DNA of 64,000 nt. It comes from Mobula hypostoma. Taxonomy: Eukaryota. The notes beneath the pieces were generated by a model that was not told the origin of the DNA, did not search any database, and saw nothing but the letters and a program-made list of their open reading frames with translations. The translations under genes were made by a program, and so were the position numbers. Of the stretch, positions 24,326 to 38,330 are shown piece by piece. Numbering within the stretch: position 1 is the stretch's first letter; each line of letters opens with the position of its first letter. The stretch is taken from positions 125,180,001 through 125,244,000 of the forward strand of contig NC_086097.1 of assembly GCF_963921235.1 (NCBI RefSeq), written 5' to 3'.

Positions 24326-26219
24326 CAGATGAGTAAATATGAGTATATGACTATACATTTACTTTGCACTTTGAAATTTCCTTCTGCCAGCATCGATGAG
24401 GTGAAGTTTTGATAGGTTATTTCCCACTGTAACCTGGGAGGTACTTATTTCTAGAAGCTCAGCTACTGTCTTTCATTAAGACTAGTTGTGTCCATTGTTC
24501 TCGTGTGACTTACAGAAGCAGTGGTTGAAGCCAAAGCTCTAAGTGTATTATCAAAGTGCATATACTGTATGTCGCCATGTATTACCCTGAGATTCATTTT
24601 CTTGCAGGCATTCAAAGTAGAACAAAGAAATACAATAGAATCAATGAAAATCTACACACAAAGATGTGTAAAAGGAGACAAACTGCACATACAAAAAAAA
24701 AGAATAATACTGACTACATGGGTTGTAGAGTCCTTAGGTTGTGGAATCGGTTCAGAGCTGAGGAGAGTGAAGTTGTCCCTGCTGGTTCAGGAGCCCGATG
24801 GCTGATGGTTAGTAACTGTAAAGACAGGTAGGTGGCTTTAAAAGGTCTTCTACATTTTTTTTTGCTTTAAAACTACAGTTTAATAAATGGAAAAAACAGG
24901 AGAGTAAATGACTGCTTCAGAAATTACTTTATTTAGATAGAACTTTTAGATAGTTGTGGCTGGCTTCATTTAAAGTAATGGTTTTCACTTTATGGGATTA
25001 ATCTGAGCATTTGTTGTGAGCACCATAGTGTAATGCTTTACAATGCCAGCTACTTACTGTGTACGTTCTCCCCATAACCATATGGGTTTCCTCCGGGTTC
25101 TCCATTTTCCTCTTGCATTCCAAAGACATATGAGTCAGAGCTAATTAGTTGTGGGCATGGCGATACTGAACTGCCTCTAGCACATTCTTGAAATGTGTTG
25201 GTCATTGACGCAAAAAACGCACTTCACTGTAGGTTTCAAGGAATACATAACAAATAAAACTAATCTAATCAAATCTGAACTGGAGTGAAATTAAGTTTGT
25301 GAAATTTGTAATTACTGTGACGATCCCCACTTGTGTTCTTTGCCTATTACTGTGTGTGTGTCTGGAAGAGAAAGATCAGAATAGGTTTAGCCATGTAGTG
25401 TGCATCTTCCTTGTCTTTTGTTGATTGGATTCAGTTTGAAATAAGTAACTTCAGTTAACAATCAACATACCTAAGAACATGCTGGGGGCATCCCTGTCCC
25501 TAAACCCTAATCTGATTTGTAGCTCCCCACATCCCTGTCCTAAAACCTCACCTGGTCCCTAACTTCCCTCCCTGCCCCCAGAACCATCCCCACAAACTTA
25601 TAAGAAAACAAGTCTAGGCCGCGATATCGATGGAGATTGCAGCTCAGTGCTATCTTGAAGCATGAACAATGATGATGAATATATTGCAACCCTTTGCTGC
25701 TTGAGAGATGGATTCTTTTGTCTAAAAGAAATTCAGGAGAGAAATTTACCCTTGATGAGCTGTCTCAAGATCTGCTGTTAGGTGACATAATGTGTGCAGC
25801 AGATACTAATGCCACAGATAACCAATTTCCAAGCTTCATCCTGATCCCTCGTCCCTTTTGCATGGAGCTTGCCCATTCTCCCTGTACCTGTGCGGCTTTC
25901 TTCCAATCACTCTGGTTTCTTCCTATGTGTAGACAGGTGAATTAGCTTTGCTAAATTACCTGTGATGTGGTGTGTGATAAGGAAATTGGTGTAGTCAGTA
26001 ACAATGGAACTGGGCCAGTGTGAGTTAACTTCCTCCGAGAGTGGTGGTGAAGGTTGAAACCTTGCCCAACAAAAATGATAGAAATTGAGTTTTTCAGTAG
26101 GTCCTGGATCCAACAAGCTAGCAGTGCAAGGAAAGGGCAAGGCAGCTGTACTGAGTCAGTGGTTTGCAATAAAATAACAACAAGTCCATGCAATGTAATT
26201 GAACCTGGAATTCCATATG

Positions 26220-26862
26220 TCAGAGTACTGAGTACTGGAGTTGGGATGCTATGTTGAGGTTGTATGAAATGTTGGTGTGTGATGTTATGTTGAAGTTGTA
26301 TGAGACGGTGAGACCAAATCTGGAATATTGATGGAGTTTTGGTCACCTACCTACAGGAACAGAATCAATAAGATTGAAAGAGTGCAGAGAAAATTTACAA
26401 GGGTGCTGTCAGGACTGGAGGACCTGAGTTATCCGGAAAGGTTGCATCAGTTAGGATTTTATTCCCTGGAGCGTAGTATAACGAGGGGAAATTTGATAGA
26501 GGCATAAACAATTATGAGTGGTGTAGATAGGGTTAACACTGGCAAGCTTTTTTTTCCACTGAGGCTGTGTTAGACTAGAACTAGAGATTATAAGTTAAGA
26601 TTGAAAGGTGAAATATTTAAGGGGAACCTGAGGGGAGGGAACTACTTAGAGGGTGGTGAGTGTGCGAAACGGGCTGCCAAAGGAAATGCTGGATGCGGGT
26701 TCAATTTCAACATTTAAGAGCAGTTTAAATAACAACATGGTTGGGAGGGATGTGGAGGGCTATGGTTTGGGTGTAGGTTGATGGAACTAGGCATAATAAT
26801 AGTTCGGCATGGACAAGATGGGCCAAAGGGACTGTTTCTGTGCTGTAGTGCACCATGACTCC
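26220..26862 (+). mobile_element. CR1 LINE 3' fragment
   Basis: ERVQRKFTR, LGFYSLE and TRTR-type remnants plus the ggccaaagggactgtttctgtgctgt tail. Confidence 0.8.
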
Positions 26863-27159
26863 AACATTTCAAATCTCCTCTTGAAAATTCATGGTTGTAA
26901 TATATCTGCTTCAGTGTTTTCCAATTCAAAGATCACATTTTGGCTTTTGCTCTATAGCCTCTCTTGAACCTGGCTTGTCATTCATGGCTTTGCCAAAAGC
27001 CATAGGCTGTAACTTTGGTCAAGATTCACTGAATACCTCTGCTAGGAGATGTTGCCTTTTCGAGGCATCGCCTTCTGAAGATGTGTGCGATGCTGGGAGG
27101 CTGCTGTCCATGCTGGAGCTGGCCAAGCTTACAACTCTCTGCAGCCATTTTTGATCACA

Positions 27160-27962
27160 GACAGGAGAAAATCTGCTGATCCTGGAAATCCAAGTATCAC
27201 ACGCAAAATGGCTGCAGGAACAGCGGGCCTGGGAGAGGGGGGTGGGCAAAGTAAAGAGCTGGGAAGTCAACTGGTGAAAGGGCTGGAGAAGGGGGAATCT
27301 GATAGGAGAGGACAGAAAGCCATGGGAGGAAGGGAGGGGGGAGGAGCACCAGAGGGAGGTGATGGGCAGGTAAGGAGAGAGGGAAATGGGGAATTAGGAA
27401 GGGTGAAGGTGCTGGGGGGGGGGTCATTACCAGAAGTTCAAGAAATCAAGTTGGAGGCGACCAGATGGAATATAAGGTGTTGCTCCTCCAACCTGAGTGT
27501 GGCCTCATTGTGACAGTAGAGGAGGCCATGGACTGACGTGTCAGAATGTGAATGGGAGGTAGAATTGAATTGGGTGGCCACCGGGAGATCCTGCTTTTTC
27601 TGACAGACGAAGCATAGGTGCTCAGCAAAGTGGTCTCCAAATCTACCTTGGGTCTCACCAATATACAGGAGGCCACACCAGAAGCACCGGTTACAGTAGA
27701 TAACCCCTACAGACACAAGGGTGAATTGTTGCTTCACCTGGAAGAACTGTTTGGGGCCCTGAATGGTAGTGATGGAGGAGGTGTGGGGGCAGGTGTGGCA
27801 CTTGTTCCGCTCCGTCCTCCAGAAAAAGCAGTATCTCCTAGTGGCCACCCATTTTAATTCTACTCCCCATTCCCATCCTGACATGTCAGTCCATGGCCTC
27901 CACTACTGCTGCAATGAGGCCACTCTCAGGTTGGAGGAGCAACACCTTGTATTCCGTCTGGA
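27160..27962 (-). mobile_element. Penelope-like 3' fragment with an inverted duplicated segment (~27811-27962 on +)
   Basis: Minus ORF NKCHTCPHTSSITTIQGPKQFFQV...LLYIGETQGRFGDHFAEHL, then a plus-strand repeat of VATHFNSTPHSH...LEEQHLVFRL. Confidence 0.85.
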
Positions 27963-28829
27963 TAAGCTTCAAGCAGGCCTCAATTGTACCAATGCCCAAG
28001 AAGAATATGGTAACGTGCCTCAATATCTATTGTCCAGTAGCACTTGCATCTACTGTGATGAAGTGCTTAAAGATGTTGGTGATGAAAAATATCAACTCCT
28101 GCCTGAAGAGGACTTGAATTCACTCCGATTTGCCTCCTGTCACAACAGATTAATAGCAGATGTCATTTCAATAGACAGTAGACAATAGGTGCAGGAGTAG
28201 GCCATTCGGCCCTTTGAGCCAGCATGTGATCATGGCTGATCATCCACAATCAGTATCCAGTTCCTGCTTTATCCCCATAACCTTTGATTCCGCTATCCTT
28301 AAGAGCTCTATCCATCTCTTTCTTGAAAGCATCCAGAGACTTGGCCTCCACAGCCTTCTGGGGCTGAGCATTCCATATATCCAGCACTCACTGGGTGAAA
28401 AAGTTTTTCCTGTTCCATCACGGATAACGTGCTCCCCATCGTTGAGCGCATCTACACAGAGTGCTGTTGCAGGAAAGCAGCATCCATCATCAAGGACCCC
28501 AACATCCAGACTATGCTGTCTTCTCACTGCTGCCATGAGGAAGGAGGTACAGAGGCCTCACAACCCACACCAGCAGGTTCAGGTACAGTTATGACCCCTC
28601 AACCATCAGGCTCTTGAACTAGAGAAAATAGCTTCACTCACCCCATCACTGAACCGTTCCCACAACCTTTGGACTCACCTTCAAGAACTCTTAATCTCAT
28701 GTTCTCGATATTCAATGTTTTTTCCTTTTTTTAGTATTTCCACGTTGGTTGTTTGTCCATCCTGCTGGGTGGGGTCTTTCATTGATTCTATTGTGTTGCT
28801 TGTATTTGCTATGCATGCGGAGGGTGAGA

Positions 28830-29390
28830 AACATTCTCCAGAATTGCCAGGATTTACCGTCAGGTCCTTTGTTCTACCATAGCCTCCAGCGTGTCCAGTT
28901 TGACTCCTATGACAGAGCCAGGCTTTCTAATCAGTTTGCTGAGCCTGTTTTCATTACCCATCTTGATGTCATAGCCCCAGCACACCACCACATAGAAGAA
29001 TAAGAAGCTGAAGCTGGGGGTGGGGATGGGGAAGGAGTACAAGCTGGCAACCAGGGGAGGGGGAAGGTAGGGGTGTTGGCGGGTGGGGGGGTGGTGAAGT
29101 GATATGGAATGAATGTGCATAAATAAATAAACACCAGCATATATTTGCAATGTAAACCGGATTATAAAAAGTAGTTTAACGTGTTTACAGTGCAGTGCAG
29201 AGATGGGGCTAATAGAGGGGCTGGCGGTCTAACTAGAATAGTTGATCTGATTAACTGCCTGGGGGAAGAAGCTTTTAAGATGACATGAAGATTTTGTTTT
29301 AATAGCCCGATAGTGCTTTCCAGAAGGGAGCTTTTGGAAAAGGCAGCTTGCTGACTGGGTAATGTTTGCAATGATTTTCCCTCTAGCAGA
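28830..29390 (-). mobile_element. Rex1/Babar-type LINE 3' fragments with an internal PLE scrap
   Basis: FYVVVCWG...NRLSKLIRKPGSVIG and FQKLPSGKHYRAIKTKS..LKSFFPQAV. Confidence 0.7.
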
Positions 29391-30339
29391 TAAGTACCTT
29401 AGATAGCTACACTCAAACATTTACCTGTACGTTGTGTTTTATAGGACTGCTTTTATATTTTTTCTTTATGCTTATTGTGTACTTTTATGCTGCATTAAAT
29501 CTGGAGTAACAATTATATTTGTTCTTTTGAATCGCATACTGAAGAATGGCAGTGAACAATCCTGAATCTCTAGATGCTTATGTCTCAGGTGGTAATATTT
29601 TTTGTCGTTAACATTTTAGAATGCTGCAGAATCACTGGGGACACAAGCCTTTGACTAGGTTAGGAAGTTCAGGAAGGCCTAGTATGGTAGGAGTGCTTTT
29701 TTACCTACCTTTTACTAGTTATATGCATGTTTCTGTAGTTGTTGACTACTGTACCACCTTCATTCTCAGCTTCTTCGGCTGGGAATAATTTCAAAGTAAC
29801 GGTCAGAGTTTCTGAAGTAACTCAGTGAGTGAAGCACTATCTGTGAGGCAAAAAGAAGTAAGCTGATGTTTCATGTCAAGACTTTTTGCCTGGACAGTAT
29901 TTAGGTTGTCTTTCCGGATTTTAGAATCTGCAGTCCGTTTTGTCGTAAGGGTTACAATGACCATTCATGGTCTGGAGCTGGAAGGTTCGTTAACGTGATT
30001 GCCAGCTATCCTTTCTTCCAGACTGCAACCCTGCAACCCCTCACTCCCATGCTCCCAACAACCCTCTGCAAGTAGTTTGGCAGTATTCACTGTCTAAATA
30101 CAGAACTGCGTCGATGGAAGATGACTACTTGGGAGCATCAAATCAGTGCCTTTTTGAGGAAGGGTGGAAGAGCATTTTGCATTTAACAGTGGTCTTTTAT
30201 AGAGTGCAAATAAAATACAAAAATATAGATACTGAAAATCTAAAACACAAATAGATAATTCTAGAAATGTGCACAGATCAGGCAAATTGTCTGTTAAACT
30301 AACTCCTGCTCAATAAGCCTTGACTTTGCTCACTTTCTC

Positions 30340-30922
30340 TGGATCATTTCAAAGGTCCATAACAAGCAGGATTTCCTGGTAGTCAGCTATTTTAATTCCC
30401 CTTCCCATTCCGACATGTTGGTTTATGGCTTACTGCCATAATGAGGCCACTCTCAGGTTGGAGGAGTAACTCCTCATATTCTGCCAGGATAGCCTCCAAA
30501 CTGAAAACATGAATTTTGATTTCACTAACTTCCCCACCCCCTCTCTAATTTTCCATTCCCCATCCTGGCTGTCATTTTACCCCTTCCCTTCTGCCCATCA
30601 CCCCTCTGGTATCTCTCCTCCTTCCTCATCTCCCATGGTCCTCTATCCATCTCCAATCTGAGTCCTCCTCCTTCAGCCCTTTACCACTTCCACCTATCAC
30701 CTCGCAGCTTCTCACTTCATCCACCCTTCCCCCTCACTTGCTTTCACCTATCACCTGCCAGCTTGTACTCCTTCCCCCCCCCCCCAACCAACCAATCTTC
30801 TAATTCTGGCTTCTGTCCCCCTTCATTTCCAGTTCTGATGAAGGGTGTCAGCCCAAAACGTTGACTGTTTATTCCACTCCATCGACGCTGTTGAGTTCCT
30901 CCAGCATTTTGTGTGTGTGTGT
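30340..30922 (+). mobile_element. Penelope-like 3' fragment
   Basis: Same GIY-YIG C-terminus and UTR as the other copies; decayed hammerhead at ~30830-30867. Confidence 0.82.
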
Positions 30923-31321
30923 TAATTTGAGAGGTAATGTTTGATTCTGATGATCCATATTTTTTTCCCTAGCTGATTTTAAAAAGTAATCTCCAGGCAT
31001 GGCCCATAGCAGCTTCTGTTTAATTATCTCTGTGTCACAGTGCTTCCCTCTTGCTGCAGAAATACAAGCTGCCATTTTATAGACAGGAAACTCGCACTAA
31101 CAACAGTGTGATAAAGACCATTTTATTAGCAGTAGATATGCTAATGCAGAGATAAATGTTGGCTCAGACTCCAGAGAATACTTTCCTATTCTCTTCCATT
31201 GTTCCATGTGATACTTAACAACTCCTCCATCCTACCTACCATTGAGCACTGGCATAAGAAAGCAGCATCCATCATAATAGACCCCAGCTTCCAGGCCATA
31301 CTCCCTTCTCCCTGCTGCCAT

Positions 31322-33250
31322 CTGACTTTTATCTTCTCCCTCTCAAACTGCAGCGTGAATTCTATCATATTATGATCACTGCCTCCTAAGGGTTCCCTTA
31401 CGTTAAGCTGCCGAATCAAATCTGATTCTTTACACAAGCACCAGTCCAAAATTGCCTTTCCTCTAATGGGCTCAACTATAAGCTGCTCTGAAAAGCCATC
31501 TCGCAGGCATCATACAAATTCCCTCTCTTGGGATCCAGCACCAACCTGATTTTCCAAATCTACCTGCATATTGAAATCCCTCATCGCTACTGTAACATTG
31601 CCCTTCTTACTTATGCCTTTTCTATCTCCTGTTGTAATTTGCATCCCATACCCTGACTACTGTTCAATGTCCTATATATAACTCTCATGATGATCTTCTT
31701 GTCCTTGCAGTTTCTTAACTCTAACCACAAGGATTCTACATCTTCCAATCCCATGTCACCTCTTTTGAAGGATATGATTTCATTATTTTACCAACTGAGT
31801 CACCCCACCCCCTCTGCCTACCTGTCTGTCCTTTCGATGCAATGTGTCTCCTTGTCAGGCTCCCAGTTACGATCTTCTTTCAGCCATGACTCAGTGATGC
31901 CCACCATATCATACCTGCCAATCTCGAACTATACTACAAGATCACCTACCTTATTTCATATACTGTGTGCATGCAAATATAACACCTCCAGTCCTGTATT
32001 CATCACCCTTTTTGATTTTGCTCCCATGTTACACTTAAACTCATTTCTTTGACTGCAATCTTGTCCTATCATCTGCCCGTCCTTCCTCACAGTATCACTA
32101 TACACTGCATCTAGTTGCATACCAACAGCCCAGCCCTATTATTCTGGTTCCTATCCCTTTGTCAAATTAATCTAAACCCTCCCCAACAGTTCTAACAACC
32201 CTGCCAGCAAGGATATTGGACCCCGCAGGTTCAGATAGAACTCATCCTTTTGGTACAGGTCTTAGCTTCTTCAGAAGAGATCCGAATGATCCAGAACCCT
32301 GCCCCCCGCACCAGTTCCTCAGCCACACATTTGCCTGCCAAATCATCCTATTCTTTCACACACTGGTGCGTGCACAGACACAAATCCAGAGATTGCTACC
32401 ATTTTGCTGTGTTCTCTCTTCAGGACCTCCTTCCTTTTCCTACCTATGTCGTTGGTACCAACATGTACCACGATTTCTGAGTTGCTCACCATCCTCCCTC
32501 AGAATGTGGACCTCATCTGAAACATCTCTGACCCTGGCACCTGGGAGGCAAAACACCATCTGGGTTTCTTTTTCATGTCCACAGAATCTTCTGTCTGCTC
32601 TTCTAACTATGGAATCCCCAATTACTACTGCAATCTTCTCCCCCTCCTCGCCCCCCCGCCACTTCCCTTCGGAAGCACAGAGCCAGACTCGGTGCCAGAG
32701 ACCTGCTTGCTGCAGTTTCTCCCCAGTAGATTGCACCCCCAAAAGTATCCAAAGCAGTATACTTACTATTGAGGGAAACAGCCACATGGGTACTCTGCAC
32801 TGGCAGCCCATTTCCTTTCCCTCTTCTGACAGTCACTCACGTATCTGTCTCCTGCAACTTAGTGGTGACTATCTCCCTATACCTCCTATCTATCACCTCC
32901 TCATTCTCCTGTATCAGCCAAAGGTCATCGAGCTGCAGCTCCAGTTCCTTAACATGGTCTCTGAGTGCACTTTGTGCAGGTGCAGTTACCAGGGAGACTG
33001 GAGGTCTTCCAGAGTTCCCACATCTCACGCAAAGGACATCCTACTAACTCTGCACTCATTCTGAGTGCACTAGCTATGTACCAATAGGCAAAGAAAGGGG
33101 GGGGGGGAGAACTTACTTAGAACCTCCACCTGTGCTTGCCCAAGCCTGTTCTTGCCAAAACCCATTGAGCCAAAGCCTCCCACTCTAACGCAGGGCTGCT
33201 CCAATAATGGCTGCTCTGCTCACACCTTCCTCCTTTTAATTGGCTCAAAT
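31322..33250 (-). mobile_element. CR1 LINE 5' part (ORF1 esterase-like domain and ORF2 endonuclease), degenerate
   Basis: LRDHVKELELQLDDL coiled coil and IAVVIGDSIVRRADRRFCG...CLPGARVRDV (SGNH/GDSL-type CR1 ORF1), then VREPLGGSDHNMIEF. Confidence 0.88.
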
Positions 33251-33574
33251 AAAATTCACTCCCGGTGTGACTTGTCTTGCGCAGTTTATCTTTTTTTTTG
33301 CACATTGGTTGTTCGGCAATTTTTGTAGTTTTTCATCGATTCCGTTCTATGTTTAAAAAAAACTAACTGATCAAGATGGTACCAGTGAACGATTCCTTGG
33401 GTGAGATCTTTCAGATAGCAAATCCTTCTAATTATTTCACTTTTTCTATGCCTTCTGCTTGTTCTTTTTGTCTTGTTTGTGTTACAAAAACTGTTGGAGT
33501 GGGCAATAAACTGAGAAACGTCTGAGGAATGTAAAGTTGTGGGGGACTTAAACTTGCACGTAGATTTTGAGTGA

Positions 33575-36006
33575 ATCAAGTTGGTTGAGGCAGTCTTGAG
33601 GAGGACTTCATAGAATGCATCCGTGATGGTTTGAACAGCATGTTACTGAACCTACAAGGGAACGTGCTATCTTGGATCTGGTCCTGTGCAATGAGGCAGG
33701 TAAAATTAGCAATCTTGTTGTTAGGGATCATCTTGGAAAGAGTGATTGAGTTTCTCATACAAATGGAGGATGCAATAGTTCAATCTGAAACCAGTGCATT
33801 ATGCCTAAACAAGGGAGACTACAACGGGATGAGGGAGGAGTTCGATAGGGTAGACTGGGAACACAGGCTATATGGTGGGATGGTTGAGGAACAGTGGAAG
33901 ACTTTCAAAGAGATTTTTCATGGTGCTCAACATAAGTATATTCCAGTTAAAAGCCAGGACAATGAGGGTGGGGAGAGCCAGCCATGGAAAACGAAGGAAA
34001 TAAAGAAAGGCATCAAGCTAAAAGCTCGTGTGTACAAAGTCACCAAAAGTAGTGGAAAAGTAGTGGAAAAGTAGAAGATTGGGAAAACTTTAAAAAGCAA
34101 CAAAGAACCACTAAGTGAGCAATAAAGAAAAAGAAGATGGGTTATGAACATAAAATAGCACAAAATATAAAAACGGATGGTAAAAGTTTTTTATAATTAT
34201 ATAAAGTGGAAAAGGGTGGCTAAAGTGGACATAGGTCCCTTGGAGGACAAGAAGGGGGAATTGATATTGAGTAATGAGGAAATGGCTGAGGCCCTGAATG
34301 ACTATTTTGTGTCAGACTTCATGGTGGAGAACACATCTAACACAGAGATTTTATGGATGCGATGGGAGCTTGGGACCTAAATCCAATAGCTATCACTAAA
34401 GAGGTAGTACTTAGCAAACTTGTGGGCTTAAAGATAAACAAGTCTCCTGGTCCTGATGGAATGCATCCCAGGGTATTGAAAGAAATGGCAGAAGTTATAT
34501 TAGAGGCCTTGGTGATAATTTATCAAAATTCCCTGGACTGTGGACAGGTCCTGGCAGATTGGAAGAAGGCAAGTGTCACACCACTGTTCAAAAAAGGATG
34601 TAGGCAAAAAGCATGTAGCTATAGGCTAGTTAGTTCAACAGCTGTAATTGGGAAAATGTTTGAAGCTATCATTAAAGAAGAAATAGTGAGACTTCTGGAA
34701 AAAAAATGGATCCATCAGGCAGACCCAGCATGGATTCAGCAAAGGCAGGTCCTGTTTGACAAACTTACTGGAGTACTTCGAGGATATAACGAGTGCAGTG
34801 GATAGAGAGGAACAGAAGGACATTGGTTACTTAGCTTTCCAGAGGATATTCGTCGAGGTGCCACACAAAAGACTTATCCATAAGATAAGGATGCATAGAG
34901 TTTGGGGTGATGTATTAGCATGGATAGAGGATAGGTTAACTAATAGACAGCAGAGAATTGGGATACTTGGGTATTACTCTGGTTGGCAATCAGTGGTGAG
35001 TGGTGTGCCACGGGGTCGGTGCTGGGCCCGCATCTGTTCACCATATACATTAACAATCTGGAAGAGAGGACCAAGTGTAATGTATCTAAGTTTGCTGATG
35101 ATACTAAATTGAGTGGAAAAGCAAATTGTGTACAGGATATGGAGAGTCTGCAGAGAGATATAGATAGATTAAGTGAGTGGGGCAAGGGTCTGGCAAATGG
35201 GGTACAATGTAGGTAGATGCAAGGTTATCCACTTTGGAAGGTAAAACGGAAGATCAGATTATTATTTAAATGGTAAAAGATAGCAGCATGCTGCTGTGCA
35301 GAGGGACTTGGGAGTACTTGTGCATAAATTGCAAAAGGTGCAGCAGGCTCTCAAGAAGGCAAATGGAATGTGGCCTTCATTGCTAGAGGGATTAAATTTA
35401 AGAGCAGGGAGGTTATGCTGCAACTGTACAGAGTACTGGTGAGGCTGCATCTGGAGTACTGCCTGCAGTTCTGGTCTCCTTACTTGAGGAAGTATATAGT
35501 GGTTTTGGAGGTGGTGCAGAGGAGGTTCACCAGGTTGATTCCAGCAATGAAGGGGTTAGACTTTGAGGAGAGATTGAGTGGCCTGGGACTGTACTCACTG
35601 GAATTCAGAAGAATGAGATCTTATAGAAACATATAAAATTATGAAAGGGGTGGAAAAGATAGAGGAGGGAAAGTTGTTTCCACTGGTAGGTGAAACTAGA
35701 ACTAGGAGCATAGCCTCAAGATTTGGGGGAGTATGTTTAGGATGGAAATGAGGAGAAACTGCTTTTCCCAAAGAGTGGTGAATCTGTGGAATTTTCTGTC
35801 CAAAGAAGCAGTGGAGGCAACCTCAGTAAATATATTTAAGGCACGGTTGGATAGATTTTTGCATAGTAGAGGAATTCAGGGTTATGGGGAAAAGGCAGGT
35901 AGGTGGAGGTGAGTCCATAGTCAGATCAGCCATGATCTTATTGAATGGCGGAGCAGGCTCGATGGGCCAGTTGACCTACTCTTGCTCCTATTTCTTATGT
36001 TCTTGT
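33575..36006 (+). mobile_element. CR1 LINE ORF2 (RT) through 3' end, degenerate
   Basis: KSPGPDGMHPRVLKEMA, TNLLEYFEDIT, GSVLGPHLFTIYINNL...SKFADDTKL, LYRVLVRLHLEYCLQFWSP; tail tcctatttcttatgttcttg. Confidence 0.92.
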
Positions 36007-38330
36007 GTTTTGAATCTCATTCGAAGGATCCAGCGCTGTGCTGTGTCCGGAGAGTTGCCTTGTGGAAATCAGGGACGGGTGCTGAAAAGGTCCAAAAACA
36101 CAGAGTCGAGGCACAGGGTCATGAGTGACTCCATCTTGAAGCGTCAAGGTGAATGCATAGGAGGTCAGCGATGGCTCCCAACAGACAGTCAGCAGCTGGA
36201 CTGGCTAGTAGTCACTCTTCGCGGAAGGCTGAGTTCGTGCGGCTGCTTTCCTCGTATGCAGATGAAAAGACGTTTCTCATATTCTGAGATTTATGTCATT
36301 AATGGACTGTATTTTATATTGGTTTCCTTCAGTTTTTTGGTGTTTTCTTTCTTGTGGACAGTTGGTGGGTGATCTGCTAATTTTTTGTATGTAAGGTGGG
36401 GGTTGGGGGTTTGAAGCTACTGTCGCTATTCTTCTCTGTGAGTGAGGGGGTGGAGGATTGATATGTGTCGGCAAGGTGTTGATTGTTATTGTGGCTGTTT
36501 TTTGCTGCAAGCAAGGTGGGGGAGATTTTAGGGTCTACAAGTTCTGTTTCTTTTCATTTTCATGCCAGTTGGGGGGGAGCTGATAACCTTTCTTTCATCA
36601 ATGCCTATGGTCTTTCTGTATTTAATGGGTATCTGGAGTAGGCAAGCGCCAGAGTTGTAGTGTACATGCATACTTTGAAAATAAAATGAACCTTTGAACC
36701 TTTTATTTCTCTGTTCTACTTTGAATGACTTTTAAAAAAAAATTATCAATGTACAATCGTATATGCCACCATATACCATCCTGAGATTAGTATATGGTGA
36801 CATATGTGTCCTTTGATAATACATTTTCTTTGAACTTTGAACATTAGGGGCAGTGTACAGTGGCCAGTTAATCTCCCAACCAGCAGGCCTCTAGGACTTG
36901 ATAGAAAACCATAACACCCAGAGGAACTTCTTGCGGTTGCAGAAAGAATATAATGTGTGGAGTTCGCACAACACCCAGGGTCTCTGACACTCTATAAGGC
37001 AGTGGCTCTACTGGCTGCATCTCTGTGCCACCCAAACTAGAATGAAGTTCATTTCTGGTTCATTCTCAGACTTATTTATCACATGTACGTACATTAAAAC
37101 ATACAGTGAAATGCATTGTTTGCGTAAACAACCAACACGGCCTAAGCAGGTGTTGCCACACGTTCTGGCAGTAAACCTAGCAATGCCCATCGTGCTGGGC
37201 AGAACCACACTGAGGTGTAAGAAATGTCAACTTGCTCACCTTTAGTCCTCTCAAACAGCAAATCACCTGTTCTAATAATGTTAATTTGGAGAGATGTAGT
37301 GACTGGATGCTGTACGTAACTCTCCTCTTGTTCAAATATGTGTTGTAGAGATCTCCTGGGAGACCAAAGTTTGCTTCATTTTAATGCCTCTGTCTGGAGG
37401 AAGGCTGTATCCTACATCTATAAGATTGCCCCTGATAATGCAGCACTGCTTCATTTATTAACCTAGGTGTTTTTTTGTGAGCACATTAGGTTGGAAAGGA
37501 ACAGTCCACAAGTGGCTCTGAAGGTGCATATTAGGTTTATACTTTGGGTACATTGTTGGTACTCACTTTTGAGTAAAGCTCCAATAAAAATTCAGGGTCA
37601 CGTTCAATGAACACAGTTCAGTCCTGACTCTGAAACATTGCAGTATCAGAGTTACAATTTTTTAAAATAGATTTTTATTGCAATTTTTAAAAATATATTC
37701 AGAATTAGCTTTATTATTACTGACCTAAGTTGTTTTGCTGCTGCAATACAGTGCAAAACATTAAAAAATACTGTCAGTTACAATAAATATAAAAAAATTG
37801 AATTAGTGCAAAAATGAGAGCAAAAACTGAGGTAGTGTTCATGGTCTGGTCAGAAATTTGGTGGCAGAGGGGAAGAAGCTGTTCCTAAAATGTTGAGTGT
37901 GTGTCTTCAGACTCCTGTACCTCCTCCTTGATGGTGGTAATGAGAAGAGAGTGTGTCCTGGATGGGGAAGATTCGTAATGATGGATGTCGCCATCATGAG
38001 GCATTACCTTTTGAAGATGTCCTCAATGTTGGGCCATGCTAGGGCTGCCTCCAACCATTTAGTAAAACAAAACAGTTTTTAAATTAATGTAGCAAAGCTT
38101 TGTGACATTTTGAATTAATAATTTTTCTTCTTTTCCTCCAATTTCGCTGAGATTTACTGGTTGTGGATTTGTGGTTTTAATATTCCTCACTTCCAGACAT
38201 AAATCATCTCTGTTGGTTCTAATTAGCTATGCTGACAAAAGTTAGAATCAGAATCAGAATCAGCTTTAATATTGTCGACACGTGTCGTGAAATTTAAAAC
38301 AACAGTAAAATGCAATGCATGATAGATATG

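Noticed and set aside
29796..29803. OVOL-type site (ACCGTTAC on -) in intron 1
   Set aside because: A single isolated short motif, compatible with chance; the same word also occurs in exon 4.
32216..33064. 282-aa plus-strand ORF as a gene
   Set aside because: It is antisense to CR1 ORF1 and shows no recognisable domain or splice structure.
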